38,732 nucleotides of DNA from Planctomycetia bacterium. GTDB lineage: Bacteria; Planctomycetota; PLA2; JAEUHO01. The notes beneath the pieces are model-generated. The model was not told the DNA's origin and did no database searches. It worked only from the letters and a program-made list of their open reading frames with translations. The stretch is from contig JBJTIJ010000336.1 in the NCBI GenBank assembly GCA_046094945.1, positions 1 to 38,732 of the forward strand, read 5' to 3'. The translations under genes and the position numbers were made by a program. Shown here one piece after another: positions 25,370-36,155 of the stretch; the stretch's first letter is position 1, and every line of letters starts with the position of its first letter.

Positions 25370-28090
25370 ATGCCTGCCGCCTGCCCTGCCCGTCCGGCCC
25401 TGCTGCGCACCTGCCTCGCCGCCCTGCTGGCCCTGCTGCTGGCTCCGGCGCTGGCCCCGTGGCTGGGCGTGGGCCAGCCGGCACAGGCGCGCGCCGAGGG
25501 CGAGGCCCCGGGCAACGCTGCCGGCGTGGCCACGGTGGACGTGCCCGACCTCGCCGGCCGCGGCGTGGACGACGCGCGCCACGCCCTCGAGGCGCTGGGC
25601 CTGCAGCCGGTGCTGGTGCCGGTGGCCGGCCCCGCGGTGGACGTGGTGGAGCGCCAGGAGCCGCCGGCCGGCAGCCGCCTCGCGCCCGGCGCGCAGGTGA
25701 TGCTGCGCCACGGCATCGCGCTGCGGCTGGAGACGCGCGTGCCGGCCGTGGTGGGCCGCCTGATGGCCGACGTGGGCGCCGACCTCGAGGGCGCCTACGC
25801 GCTCGAGGTGGAGGTGGTGGTGGATCCTGCGCGCCAGGAGGGCGAGATCCTCGCGACGCGCCCGGCGGCGGGCGAGGCGCTGTGGTACCGCGGCGTGCTG
25901 GCGCTCAAGGTGGCCTCGGTGGCGCCGCCGGCCTACCCGACCTCCATCGTGCCCGCGCTGGTGGGGCTGGAGGAGCAGGAGGCCGTGCAGCAGGTGCTCT
26001 CCAGCGGGCTGCGCGCCAGCGTGGAGGTGCGCCGCGACCCGTCCACGCCCGCCGGGCGCGTGATCTCGCAGGAGCCGGCCTCGGGCGCCGAGATGGTGTC
26101 CGGCGGCACCGTGTTCCTGCGCGTGTCGGGCGACCCGCTGCCCGAGCTGCCGCCCGAGCTGCCGGTGCTAGTGCCGCCGCTGCTGGGCATGGAGATGAAC
26201 GCGGCGCTGGGCACGGCGCAGGCGCAGGGCTTCGTGCCCACGGTGGTGTTCCAGGCGCAGGCCGGGGCCGCGCCCTGGACCGTGCTGGCGCAGGAGCCGG
26301 CGCCCGGCGCGCCGTCGCGTGCGGGCGCGGTGCTGGCCCTGACGGTGGCGCTGCCGGCGGCGCAGCCGGTGCAGGTGAGCGTGCCGTCGCTGGCGGGGCT
26401 GGCCGAGGCGCACGCTGCGGCCCTGCTGCAGTCGCTGGGGCTGGGCGTGGCCTGGGTGCGCGAGCCCTCGGGCTGGCCGGCGGGCCTGGTCTTCGCGCAG
26501 GCCCCGGCGGCCGGCTCGCTGCTGCCGGCGCGCAGCATCGTGAGCGTGCGTGTCTCGACGGGCGGCCCGCCGCCCGTGGCCAGCGCCGTGGTGCCCTCGC
26601 TGGTGGGGATGGACCCGCTGCAGGCCTGGCTGCGCGCGCTGGCGGCGGGCTTCTCGCCGCGCGGCCTCAAGCACCTCGCGCCCGGCCTGCCGGTGGACAA
26701 GGTGGACGCGCAGTCGCCCGCGCCGGGCAGCGTGCTGCCGCGCGGCAGCGAGCTGCGCTTCTTCACGCCGCTGTCGGCGCGCGTGCCCGACCTCTCGGGC
26801 CTGACGCGCTCGCAGGCCATCGCGGCGCTGGAGGCCGCCGGCTTCAACGCGCAGCCGCAGGGCCCGCAGTTCGGCATCGGCACCACGCTGGTCACCGCGC
26901 AGGCGGTGGCCGCCGGGCGCGAGCTGGCGCGCGGCTCGCTGGTGCGCTTCACCTACATCTTCACCGTGGGCGGCGGCCTGCCGGCCAAGGTGGCCGTGCC
27001 CAGCCTGGTGGGCCTGACGAAGGAGGCCGCCGCCAGCGCGCTGCAGGCTGTGGGCCTGGGCATCCGCCTCGTGCGCGAGGGCCCCGTGCAGCCCGGGCTG
27101 GGCACGCGCGTGACCGTGCAGGCCCCGGCGCCCGGCACGCTGCGGCTGGTGGGCTCGCTGGTGGACGTCACCTACGTCGAGGTGGCCGGCGTGGGCCCGC
27201 TGCCGCCGTTGCCCTTCGTGACGGTGCCCGACCTCGCGGGCCTGAGCCTGCAGCTGGCCGAGGGCCGGCTGGGCCAGGCCGGCCTGCGCGCAGCCTTCGA
27301 GCGCCAGGGCCCGGCGCGCCCCGGCGACGGCACGCGCGTGCTGTCGCAGTCGCCCGCGGCCGGCGTGCGCGTGCTCAGCGGCACCACCGTGCGCGCGGTC
27401 TACGAGGAGGTGCTCTCGCTGCTGCCGCCCGCGGGCACGGTGAGCGTGCCCGACCTGGTGGGCGCCACGCGCGAGGATGCGCAGCTGCGCCTGCAGCAGC
27501 GCGGCCTGCAGGGGCAGTTCGAGCGCCAGGGCGCGGTGCTGCCGGGCAACGGCACGCGCATCATCTCGCAGGCGCCGGCGGCCGGCACGCGCGTGCTGCC
27601 CGGCAGCACCGTGCGCGCCACCTTCGTGGAGGTGCTCTCGCTGGAGCCCCAGCCGCTGCGGCGCGCGGTGCCCAGCCTGGTGGGCATGACGCGCGAGGCC
27701 GCGCAGGACGCGCTGCAGGCGCTGGGCCTGCAGGCGCAGCTCGAGCGCCAGGGCCCGGTGGTGGCCGGGCAGGGCACGCGCGTGGTGTCGCAGTCGCCGG
27801 CGGCCGGCACGCAGGTGTTCGCGGGCAGCACGGTGCGCGTCACCTACATCGAGGTGCTCTCGCCGGTGGTGCTGCCGCCCGTGCAGCCGCTGCTGGCCAC
27901 CGTGCCCTCGCTGCAGGGCCTGCGCCTCTCCGAGGCCCGCCCGCAGCTGGAGGCGCTGGGCCTGCAGGTGGCGGTGGTGGGCCCCGCGGGCCTGCCGGCG
28001 CGCCTGCGCGTGGTGGGGCAGTCGCCCGCCGCCGGCGCGCGCGTGGCGCGCGGCAGCACGGTGCGCCTGACGGTGGTGCTCATCCCCTGA
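25370..28090 (+). CDS. secreted protein composed of about 12 tandem PASTA-like domains
   Basis: ATG 25370 (GGAG at 25360-25363) inside track ORF 24452..28090. A signal peptide is followed by 12 modules of about 65-75 aa, each with V-P-x-L-x-G ... L...G[LF] ... Q.P..G..[VL]..G..V.[LV]. No other domain is visible. Confidence 0.85.
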   Translation: MPAACPARPALLRTCLAALLALLLAPALAPWLGVGQPAQARAEGEAPGNAAGVATVDVPDLAGRGVDDARHALEALGLQPVLVPVAGPAVDVVERQEPPAGSRLAPGAQVMLRHGIALRLETRVPAVVGRLMADVGADLEGAYALEVEVVVDPARQEGEILATRPAAGEALWYRGVLALKVASVAPPAYPTSIVPALVGLEEQEAVQQVLSSGLRASVEVRRDPSTPAGRVISQEPASGAEMVSGGTVFLRVSGDPLPELPPELPVLVPPLLGMEMNAALGTAQAQGFVPTVVFQAQAGAAPWTVLAQEPAPGAPSRAGAVLALTVALPAAQPVQVSVPSLAGLAEAHAAALLQSLGLGVAWVREPSGWPAGLVFAQAPAAGSLLPARSIVSVRVSTGGPPPVASAVVPSLVGMDPLQAWLRALAAGFSPRGLKHLAPGLPVDKVDAQSPAPGSVLPRGSELRFFTPLSARVPDLSGLTRSQAIAALEAAGFNAQPQGPQFGIGTTLVTAQAVAAGRELARGSLVRFTYIFTVGGGLPAKVAVPSLVGLTKEAAASALQAVGLGIRLVREGPVQPGLGTRVTVQAPAPGTLRLVGSLVDVTYVEVAGVGPLPPLPFVTVPDLAGLSLQLAEGRLGQAGLRAAFERQGPARPGDGTRVLSQSPAAGVRVLSGTTVRAVYEEVLSLLPPAGTVSVPDLVGATREDAQLRLQQRGLQGQFERQGAVLPGNGTRIISQAPAAGTRVLPGSTVRATFVEVLSLEPQPLRRAVPSLVGMTREAAQDALQALGLQAQLERQGPVVAGQGTRVVSQSPAAGTQVFAGSTVRVTYIEVLSPVVLPPVQPLLATVPSLQGLRLSEARPQLEALGLQVAVVGPAGLPARLRVVGQSPAAGARVARGSTVRLTVVLIP
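27218..27883. repeat. three tandem 222-bp units (PASTA modules 9-11) with DNA-level similarity
   Basis: The GTGCCC(V-P) anchors at 27224, 27446 and 27668 are exactly 222 bp apart. The units share strings such as ttcgagcgccagggc, ggcacgcgc, gcggccggc and gaggtgctctcgc. Confidence 0.85.
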
Positions 28091-28098
28091 GCGCGCGC

Positions 28099-28156
28099 GC
28101 GGCTGCGCGTGCGGCTGCGCGTGGGCCGCTGTGCGGCCGGCTGCGCGGCCGGCTGA
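28099..28156. repeat. two adjacent pairs of 12-bp tandem duplications in a convergent intergenic spacer
   Basis: gcggctgcgcgt x2 (28099-28122) and gcggccggctgc/gcggccggctga (28133-28156), between the PASTA gene stop and the YlbF-like gene stop. Confidence 0.85.
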
Positions 28157-28164
28157 CTCGTGGG

Positions 28165-28635
28165 CTAGGGCAGGATGATGCGGCTGGGGCCGCTGGCGGG
28201 CGGCTCGTCGCGCCTGGGCGCGCCATGGTCGCCATGGCCGTGGCCGCCGTGCCCCTCGTCGCCGTGGTCGCAGTCGGGGCCGTGCTCGTGGGGCTCGGCG
28301 CCCTGCACGCCGTCGAGGGCCGCCGAGATCGACATGGAGACCTGCTCCATCATCTGGGCGAACTCGGCGTTGGCGCGCAGCAGGTCCACCAGCACCACGC
28401 TGTTGCGCACCTGCTGCTCGAGGGCGGCCAGCGACTGCTTCATGGGCGCCTCGACGGGCCGGCCCACGCGCATCAGGTCCTCGACGTCCTGCAGCGCCTC
28501 GACGTAGCGCTGCTGCAGCTTCCTGTCGGCGGCCGAGGCGTCCAGCGCCGCGCGGGCGCGCTTGAGCGCCGCGGTGCGGGGATCGGCGGCCAGTGCCGCG
28601 GCCAGGGACTGCGTGAGGTCGGGGATCGTGCTCAT
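28165..28635 (-). CDS. YlbF/YmcA-like helical protein with His/Asp-rich C-terminal tail
   Basis: ATG 28635 inside track ORF 28165..30831. The helical pattern (LKRARAALDASAADRKLQQRYVEALQDVEDLM..., VLVDLLRANAEFAQMMEQVSMSI) resembles the Com_YlbF family from memory. The tail is EPHEHGPDCDHGDEGHGGHGHGDHG. Confidence 0.55.
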   Translation of the reverse strand: MSTIPDLTQSLAAALAADPRTAALKRARAALDASAADRKLQQRYVEALQDVEDLMRVGRPVEAPMKQSLAALEQQVRNSVVLVDLLRANAEFAQMMEQVSMSISAALDGVQGAEPHEHGPDCDHGDEGHGGHGHGDHGAPRRDEPPASGPSRIILP

Positions 28636-28716
28636 CTCGTAAAGGCTACGCGCAGGGCCGCGGGCGCGCGCCACCCCGACCGACCGGGGCGGCCCGTGGG
28701 CGGCTAGGCTGCAGGC

Positions 28717-30660
28717 ATGAGCACCCCGCCTGGCCTGCCCGGATTGCCCATCCCGCCCGCCGGCGCGCCGGCCCTGCTCGCACGGCGCGCCGTGCAGGGC
28801 AGCGCTGCGGCGGCCGTGGCGTGGGCGTGGCTGGCGCAGGGACGCGGCGCGCTGGCCTCGCCCCCGGGCGCGGCGCCTGCGCCTGCCGCGCCGGCCGGGC
28901 CCGTGCCCGCCGCTGCGCCGGTGCTTGGCTTCGCGCCCGTCGCCGCCACGCGCGCCGACGCGCTCACGCTGCCGCCGGGCTATGCGCAGCGCGTGCTGTT
29001 CGCGTGGGGCGATCCCGTGGTGGCCGGCGCGCCGGCGTGGGATCCCGCCGCGACGCAGGATGCCGCGGCGCAGGCCCTGCAGGCCGGCACGCACCACGAC
29101 GGCATGGAACTGTTCGAGGTGCGCGACGCCGCCGGCGCGCGCCACTGGCTGCTGGCCGTCAACCACGAGTACCTCGACCCGGGCCTGCTGCACGGCGACC
29201 CGGGCCTGCCGCCCGCGCAGCGCGCGCAGAAGGGCATGCAGGCCGTGGGCGTGAGCGTGATCGAGGTGCGCCCGCGCGGCGACGGCAGCTGGGAGCAGGT
29301 GCCGGGCTCGCGCTGGGGCCGGCGCGTGACGGCCACCACGCCCATGGAGCTGGTGGGCCCCGCGGCCGGCTCGCCCCTGCTGGCCACGCGCGCCGACCCC
29401 AGCGGGCGCGCCGTGCGCGGCACGCTGGGCAACTGTGCCGCCGGCCGCACGCCGTGGGGCACCTACCTCACCTGCGAGGAGAACTTCCCCTACTGGTTCG
29501 TGCGCACGCGCGGCGCGGCCACGGCCGGCGAGCGCGCCTACGGCATCACGGCCGAGGGCCGCGGCTACGGCTGGCACCTGGCCGACCCGCGCTTCGATGC
29601 CGCCGAGGAGCCCCACGAGGCCGCACGCTTCGGCTGGGTGGTGGAGGTGGACCCCTGCGACCCCTCCAGCACGCCGCGCAAGCACACGGCGCTGGGCCGC
29701 TTCAAGCACGAGAACGCCTGCGTGGTGGCGCGGCCCGGCCAGCCGCTGGTGGCCTACATGGGCGACGACGAGCGCTTCCAGCACCTCTACAAGTTCGTCT
29801 CCGCCGGCCGGCTGGCCGCCGACGGGGAGGGCCCGCGCGACCTGCTCGAGCAGGGCACGCTGTACGTGGCGCGCTGCGACGCCGACGGCACCGGCCGCTG
29901 GCTGCCGCTGGTGCAGGGCCAGCCGGGCCTGACGGCCGCCGAGGGCTTCGCCACGCAGGCCGACGTGCTGGTGCATGCGCGGCTGGCGGCGCGCGCGGTG
30001 GGGGCCACGCCCATGGACCGGCCCGAGTGGATGGCCGTGCACCCCGGCAGCGGCCGCGTGGTGGTGGCGCTCACCTACAACGAGAAGCGCGGCGCGCCGG
30101 GCCAGCCGGGCGCCGACGCCGCCAACCCCGCGGCGCCCAACCTCTACGGCCACGTGCTGGGGCTGGAGGAGCAGGGCGGCGATGCGGCCGCGCTGGCCTT
30201 CCGCCACGCGCTGGTGGTGCGCTGCGGGCCCGAGGCGCGCGCCGAGGGCGCGCCGGCGGGCACGCCTGCCGTGGCGCTGGGCGCACCCGACGGCCTGCAC
30301 GTGGACGCGCGCGGCGTGCTGTGGATCCAGACCGACGCGCCGTCCCGCGCGCTGGCCGGGCCCGTGGGCGCCGCCTTCCCCAACAACCAGGTGGTGGCGC
30401 TCGACCCGGCCACGCGCGAGCTGCGCCGCTTCCTGGTGGGCCCGGTGGGCTGCGAGATCACGGGTTTGTTCGTGACGCCCGACCTGCGCACGCTGTTCGT
30501 CAACGTCATGCACCCCGGCGAGCCCGAGGACGGGCGCGACGCCTACGCGCCCGGCGACACGGCCTGGAGCAGCAGCTGGCCGCTGGGCGACGGGCGCTCG
30601 CGCCCGCGCTCGGCCACGGTGTGCATCTGGCGCCCCGACGGCCAGCCCGTGGGGGCCTGA
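28717..30660 (+). CDS. phoX: PhoX-family (DUF839) alkaline phosphatase with Tat-type signal
   Basis: Track ORF of 647 aa. Twin-arginine LLARRAVQGSAAAA; AVNHEYLDPGLL; GTLGNCAAGRTPWGTYLTCEENF; ALGRFKHEN; VNVMHPGE. These are all typical PhoX blocks. Confidence 0.9.
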   Translation: MSTPPGLPGLPIPPAGAPALLARRAVQGSAAAAVAWAWLAQGRGALASPPGAAPAPAAPAGPVPAAAPVLGFAPVAATRADALTLPPGYAQRVLFAWGDPVVAGAPAWDPAATQDAAAQALQAGTHHDGMELFEVRDAAGARHWLLAVNHEYLDPGLLHGDPGLPPAQRAQKGMQAVGVSVIEVRPRGDGSWEQVPGSRWGRRVTATTPMELVGPAAGSPLLATRADPSGRAVRGTLGNCAAGRTPWGTYLTCEENFPYWFVRTRGAATAGERAYGITAEGRGYGWHLADPRFDAAEEPHEAARFGWVVEVDPCDPSSTPRKHTALGRFKHENACVVARPGQPLVAYMGDDERFQHLYKFVSAGRLAADGEGPRDLLEQGTLYVARCDADGTGRWLPLVQGQPGLTAAEGFATQADVLVHARLAARAVGATPMDRPEWMAVHPGSGRVVVALTYNEKRGAPGQPGADAANPAAPNLYGHVLGLEEQGGDAAALAFRHALVVRCGPEARAEGAPAGTPAVALGAPDGLHVDARGVLWIQTDAPSRALAGPVGAAFPNNQVVALDPATRELRRFLVGPVGCEITGLFVTPDLRTLFVNVMHPGEPEDGRDAYAPGDTAWSSSWPLGDGRSRPRSATVCIWRPDGQPVGA

Positions 30661-30667
30661 GCGCGGC

Positions 30668-30673
<6 letters not shown>
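30655..30673. terminator. hairpin containing both convergent stop codons (GCCTGAGC-gcg-GCTCAGGC)
   Basis: An 8-bp perfect inverted repeat. The phoX TGA (30658-30660) and clpB TGA (30668-30670) both lie inside the stem arms. No U-tract. Confidence 0.3.
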
Positions 30674-33355
<2,682 letters not shown>

Positions 33356-33377
33356 GGGGCGGGCGTCCTGTCCGGTC

Positions 33378-33411
33378 GCGCGCCAGGCAGGCAGGAGCCC
33401 GCCTGGCGCGC
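33378..33411 (-). promoter_or_regulatory. 11-bp-stem inverted repeat in the clpB leader
   Basis: 33378-33388 pairs perfectly with 33401-33411 around a 12-nt loop. It lies 23-56 nt upstream of the clpB ATG (33355). Its function (operator or RNA structure) is unknown. Confidence 0.35.
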
Positions 33412-33502
33412 AGGGTGCCGGGGAGATGGGGGAGAGAGAGGGAGGGGCGTAGAGAGGGCGAGCGAGGGCGAGGCTTGGAGCAGGGCGCGGCCGGCGCCGG
33501 CC

Positions 33503-33952
33503 CTACTTCACCTTCAGCGTCTTGGGCTTGGCCTTCTCGCTCTTGGGGATGTGGACCGTGAGCACGCCGTCCTTGAACGTGGCCTCGGCCTTCTCGGCGT
33601 CCACGCCCTTGGGCAGCGCGAGCGAGCGCTGGAACGAGCCGTAGGAGCGCTCCACGCGGTGCCAGCCCTTGCCCTCCTGCTCCTCCTCGCGCTTCTTCTC
33701 GCCCGAGATGCTCAGCGTGTTGTTCTCCAGCGTGATCGTCACGTCCTCCTTGGCCACGCCCGGCAGCTCGGCGTGCACCTGGTAGGCGCCCTCCGTCTCC
33801 GACACGTCCAGCGCCGGCTTGAGCATGCGGTCCACCTCGCCGCTGCCGAACGCGTCCGGCCAGCGCGGGAAGGTCATCCAGTCCTCCAGCAGGCGCCCGA
33901 AGGGCGTCAGCTCAGCGCCCTCGCGGCGCACAGGTCGGGGCAAGCTCGTCAT
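33503..33952 (-). CDS. small heat shock protein (Hsp20 / alpha-crystallin family)
   Basis: ATG 33952 (GGAGGAA 5 nt upstream) inside track ORF 33503..34204. PALDVSETEGAYQVHAELPGVAKEDVTITLENNTLSISGEKK...ERSYGSFQRSLALP..VDAEKAEATFKDGVLTVHIPK is the alpha-crystallin domain. Confidence 0.92.
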   Translation of the reverse strand: MTSLPRPVRREGAELTPFGRLLEDWMTFPRWPDAFGSGEVDRMLKPALDVSETEGAYQVHAELPGVAKEDVTITLENNTLSISGEKKREEEQEGKGWHRVERSYGSFQRSLALPKGVDAEKAEATFKDGVLTVHIPKSEKAKPKTLKVK

Positions 33953-34337
33953 CGCAGTTCCTCCACGGCGGTGCCGCTTCCCGGCACGGCCACCCCTCCC
34001 CAAGCAAGGCGCGGGCCATCTCCCGCGCGGCCCGCCCCAGCCGGCCCTGCCGGCGGCTCCTCCGGCCCCTGCGCAGCCTGAATCGCCCGATAGGTTGGTT
34101 TCCCGAGCTGCCAGGCCACCGCCGCCGTGCAGGAATGGCACCCGCGGCCGGGCACCTTGCCAGCCCGGCATGCCGTCGTGCGCGCGAGACGCTTGGCGTT
34201 CCAAGGCCGGTGCGCGCAGCCCTCGCCGGGGCGCAGCCGGGGCCGCCAGCGTGTGGGGCGCGCGCGTGGGCGGCGGGGCAGGGCGTGCTCGCGCGCTGCG
34301 GCGCCGGGGTGCTGCGGCGCGTGCCGCCCTGCGCGGC

Positions 34338-36155
34338 TCAGCGGACGTAGAAGCCGAAGCGGTAGGTGAGGGTCTTGGACTGGCCGGGCTCGAGGGTGAG
34401 GTCCCAGGCGATGTCGCTGTGGTTGTTGACGGCGTAGGCGCCGCCGGTCCAGTCCTCGGCCTTGAGGTCGTTGACCACGATGCGGCCCTGGTCGGAGGCT
34501 TCCTCGACCTTGCCGCCCACCGAGACGGTCACGCGCAGGGGCGAGGCTTCCTTGCGGAAGGAGGTCGCCGTGACGGTGCCCTGCTTGACCACCAGCGAGT
34601 AGGACTCGCCGGACCACGCGATGGCGTTGGGGCGTCGCTCCAGCTCGCGCTCCTCGTAGCGCCCGCGCAGGTCCACGGCGACGGTCATGGGCAGCAGGGT
34701 CTTGCCGCCCGGCGAGGTGTAGCGCAGCACGTCCTGGCCCAGGGGCAGGTCGCCCTTGAGCAGCAGGGCGGCGCCGGTCGTCCAGGGCTGCGTGCCCGTG
34801 TTGGCGAGCTCGAGCTCGTGCCACACCAGGCTGGCCGGGGCCGGCCGGGCGCCGCGGGTGGGCGCGGCCGAGGCGGCCTTGGCGCTCTGGTAGACGTGCT
34901 CGCCCGAGCGCTGGTTGCGCACGACTTCCACGTCCAGCGTGTAGAGGTGGCGCAGCGGCGCGGTCGCCTGCCAGAGGGGCACGCTGGCCCGCGCGCCGCG
35001 CGCGAGGTCCACGCGCCCCACCGCGTGCACGAACAGGTCCTGCTCGCTGCGGCCTGCGAGCTCGGCCGGCGTCGCCGGGGCCGTGTCGCCTTCCTGCACG
35101 GCCATGTCCGACTGCTCGTTGCCGAAGGAGCGCATCGAGTTGGAGAGCATCTGCTGCGCCAGCTGCGGCGCGGCCGACTGCAGCGCGCCGCGCATGGCGC
35201 GCTCCAGGCTGAGCGGCGAGACCACGTCGCGGAAGCGGAAGGAGGGCACGCCGACGACGAGGTCCACGGCGGCGCCCGCGAGGTCCTCGGCCTCGTTGAG
35301 GATCTCGCCCTGCAGCGCGAGGCGCGCGTCGGCCTCGAGCGCCCCGCTCACGCGGTAGGTGGGGATCCAGCGCAGCCCCTCGGCGAAGTAGAGCAGGCGC
35401 AGGCTGGCGGGCTTGCCCGCCGACGCCGCCCCGAAGTCGAAGGTCAGGCGCTTGGCGCGGCGCACGACGCGTTCCGTGAGCAGCGTGCGGGTGGCGAGGT
35501 CCTTGCCGGAGCCGGTGCGCACCTCGGCCAGCGGCAGCACCAGGCGCGTGTCGCCCGACTGCAGCACGACCAGCTGCCCGCCGCGGGGCGTGACCTCCGT
35601 GACGGTCTCGCCTGCCGGCCCGGCCTCGGGGCCGGCCGGCTCGGGCTCGGGCGGCGCGGCCTGCTCGAGCACCTCCAGCACGCCCTCGACGTCGGGCGCG
35701 TTCTCGCGCACGAGCCCCAGCGTGACGCGCCGGCCCACGTTGGCGCGCAGCAGGTCGAGCGTCGTCACCGCGGCCGCCTCCCGCGTGCGCATGGTGCGCG
35801 TCGCGTGCCAGGCCGAGCGCATGGAGAGCACGCGCTCGTCGCCTGTCCCGGTCACGGCCCACACGCAGCCCAGCACGGCGGCGTCGGGCACGGCGTCGGT
35901 GAAGACCTGCCCGCGCTCGTCGGCCGTGCCCGTGGCGGCCTTCACGTACAGCGCATAGCCGTCCTTGAAGATCGCCACCCGCTCGGTGGCCAGCGTGAGG
36001 CGTCCCGGCTCCGCCGCCGCCGCGGCGGCCGGCGGGTCGCCGGCCACGGCAGGGCCAAGGCCGGCCAGCAGGCCCAGCGCCGCCAGCCCCGCCAGCCTCG
36101 CCACCCGGCAGGCCGTGCGTCGCACGCTGCCGCCCCGGACGTTCGTGCTGCGCAT
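34338..36155 (-). CDS. secreted hypothetical protein, DUF4139-like
   Basis: Track ORF of 605 aa with GGAGG upstream and a signal peptide (RVARLAGLAALGLLAGLGPAVAG). The N-terminal ERVAIFKDGYALYVK... and C-terminal ...IAWDLTLEPGQSKTLTYRFGFYV resemble the layout of DUF4140/DUF4139 proteins. The assignment is from memory. Confidence 0.55.
   Translation of the reverse strand: MRSTNVRGGSVRRTACRVARLAGLAALGLLAGLGPAVAGDPPAAAAAAEPGRLTLATERVAIFKDGYALYVKAATGTADERGQVFTDAVPDAAVLGCVWAVTGTGDERVLSMRSAWHATRTMRTREAAAVTTLDLLRANVGRRVTLGLVRENAPDVEGVLEVLEQAAPPEPEPAGPEAGPAGETVTEVTPRGGQLVVLQSGDTRLVLPLAEVRTGSGKDLATRTLLTERVVRRAKRLTFDFGAASAGKPASLRLLYFAEGLRWIPTYRVSGALEADARLALQGEILNEAEDLAGAAVDLVVGVPSFRFRDVVSPLSLERAMRGALQSAAPQLAQQMLSNSMRSFGNEQSDMAVQEGDTAPATPAELAGRSEQDLFVHAVGRVDLARGARASVPLWQATAPLRHLYTLDVEVVRNQRSGEHVYQSAKAASAAPTRGARPAPASLVWHELELANTGTQPWTTGAALLLKGDLPLGQDVLRYTSPGGKTLLPMTVAVDLRGRYEERELERRPNAIAWSGESYSLVVKQGTVTATSFRKEASPLRVTVSVGGKVEEASDQGRIVVNDLKAEDWTGGAYAVNNHSDIAWDLTLEPGQSKTLTYRFGFYVR

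Noticed and set aside
23692-28707. 1671-aa plus-strand track ORF across the sigma/PASTA locus, and 12134..16186 (1350 aa) across the photolyase/pxp region.
   Set aside because: Same shadow-frame composition. The competing frames encode recognisable ECF sigma, PASTA repeats, photolyase and PxpABC proteins.
33424-33431. Sigma32 heat-shock promoter for clpB (CCCCATCT on the coding strand).
   Set aside because: Only the -10-like octamer matches. No CTTGAA-like -35 lies 13-17 nt upstream, and the octamer sits in a CT-rich tract where such a match can arise by composition. It is kept only as a note inside the clpB leader finding.
34136-34160. Sigma54-like TGGCAC ... TTGC motif in the hsp20 upstream region.
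   Set aside because: The spacing between TGGCAC and TTGC is about 15 nt where the canonical spacing is 4-5 nt. The motif is on the plus strand, and no plus-strand gene follows.
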